A stretch of 64,000 nucleotides of DNA. Source: Marsupella aquatica (taxonomy: Eukaryota > Plantae > Marchantiophyta). The notes beneath the pieces are model-generated. The model made no database searches. It was not told the DNA's origin and worked only from the letters and a program-made list of their open reading frames with translations. Positions 62,450-64,000 of this stretch are shown here, piece by piece. The DNA lies in contig OZ316895.1 in assembly GCA_973895155.1 (NCBI GenBank), positions 18,175,880 through 18,239,879 on the forward strand, given 5' to 3'. Both the position numbers and the translations under genes were made by a program. The stretch's first letter is position 1. Each line of letters opens with the position of its first letter.

Positions 62450-64000
62450 AGTTGGCTGATGCGATCAAGGAGAAGGAGAAGTGGAAGCGAGAGTTGAGAA
62501 ACGCAGAGGAGGCCCACATAGCAGCCAACAACCGGGCCATGGCGGAGACCCAGAGAAGGGAGAGGGTGTTGAAGGGGGAGCTCGAGGATATCCACGGAGC
62601 CCTTGAGCAGAAGGAGACCGAGTTAGGAAAATCCTATCAGGCGATCATTGTGCTACGACAAGAGCTTGCATCCCTGACGGCCAGCTTCAAGGCCGACCTC
62701 CGTGAGAAAGACGACCAGCTCGACCAGACTTATGCCAAGATGAATAAAATGGAGTCTGAGGTCGTAACGGAGCTCAACAAGGAGCTAAGAGCAACCCAGG
62801 AAGAGAGGGCTACCTTAAAAAAGAAGCTAGAGGAAGCCCAAAGAGAATTGGAGGAAGCCCAGAAGGAATGGGAGGAGGCGTGCAAGGACCTGGACGAATT
62901 GCAGGAGGAGTTGGAGGAAAGCACACGGAAGATGGAGAACTTACAGCGGCGAGCCGACAACCAAACAAAGTGGCTGAAGAAATAGGCCGCAATATTTAAG
63001 TGCTTGGCTTCCTCAAGTCCAACTCCAATAGGGGCAACCAAGTTGCCAGAAGTAGTACTGGCCAAAGGACAAGCCGAGACACTCGCACCGGTGCCAGAGG
63101 TAAGTGGCAAGGGGAAGGGACCAGCTGCCGAAACAAGGAAGAAGAAAAAGCAAAAACCTTTTGGGTTGAGGAGTAACACGGCTTCTCAAGCCATCGTGAC
63201 CAAGGAGGTAATCCCGGCACCAACCTCAGGCAGGGTCACGGTACAGGATCCAACTATCCTACAAGGCGGGAATGGCAAGGGCGAAGCCGGAATGCTCAGT
63301 GATGAGGCCAGTGTACCGAATCCACCACTAGAACAGGTCGGGGAAGCCGTAACCATATCAGAGGCCGTGGCCAATGCTGAGGCCGAAGCCGAGGGTGGAC
63401 CCAATCAGGCCGATGGAGAGTTGACTCAGTCCAGAGCAGGTAATCTGTCAGAGGACGGACCTACGGTAGTGGCTATGGAGGAAGTGTTGGGGGCGTCCAT
63501 TGAGGATCAGCCACCACTACCATGACGGTGGTGGAGGGCTGCTCCTTTCAAGGAGGGCGGACGTGGAGGGAGGAGGCGTGAGTGGGCAGGGCGGGCTCAG
63601 ATCTCCAAGTTTAGAATTAGGATCAAGACCGGGAGGCGGCCCTGACACTTAGCTTAGTGGGATTGCGGATCCACTGGTAAGAGCAACACTTGTGCTCCTG
63701 CCTCGCTGTACATAGGTAGATTACGGTCAGGTTAGATTAAGCTTACGCTGCAAGGAATTGGGCGGATCCACTGCCAGGATAAGTACCTGGGCAGCGGGGG
63801 GGTTCAGGGCCTTCTTCCTTAGCAAGTTTTTAGTGCACCAGTAGGGCTGGGATCAAGTAGTTAAAGAAGCTCTCGGTTAGTTATGTTGTGACCCGTGTGT
63901 ATATTCATGTTTCCTCATACCTAAGAGATGAATAGAGTTGGCCTCACGGCTTAGTTCGTAGATCTTGTGTATGAGAAGTACTGTTTGTATGGCAAGTGCA

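Larger units (their letters stand above)
58826..64000 (+). mobile_element. second gene-bearing LTR-like element (family of 49963-53967); runs off the window
   Basis: Begins TGTGATGCC (compare TGTGACGCC) exactly where gag-pro stops. Degenerate gene at ~59084-63525 has the homologous domain and a coiled coil. Predicted TSD is GGTGG; the right end is not visible. Confidence 0.7.

Overview
Eukaryotic nuclear DNA from a land plant. Intron-containing MraY, PsaL and U-box/ARM genes fit a bryophyte such as a liverwort, but that assignment is inference. Four host genes (a small single-TM protein, plastid MraY, PsaL and a PUB13/SPL11-like E3 ligase) sit among nested transposons: solo LTRs with clear TSDs, Ty3/gypsy pol and gag-pro relics, LINE fragments, a CACTA relic, a MITE and foldback elements. 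The most interesting object is a decayed element of about 12.5 kb (~12.4-24.9 kb). It pairs a Mutator-type DDE/SWIM transposase head-to-head with a multi-exon gene that has a ParB/Srx-like N-terminus (DGNH[R]) and a beta-class amino-DNA-methyltransferase-like C-terminus. About nine copies of an 18-bp palindrome, GCTAGCGA-NN-TCGCTAGC, lie only in its introns and intergenic segments. Also notable are a very young 2407-bp tandem duplication of the MraY promoter and exon 1, two LTR-like elements carrying a homologous large gene, and a BRCT-like ORF inside the CACTA relic. All domain calls were made by eye; no searches were run.
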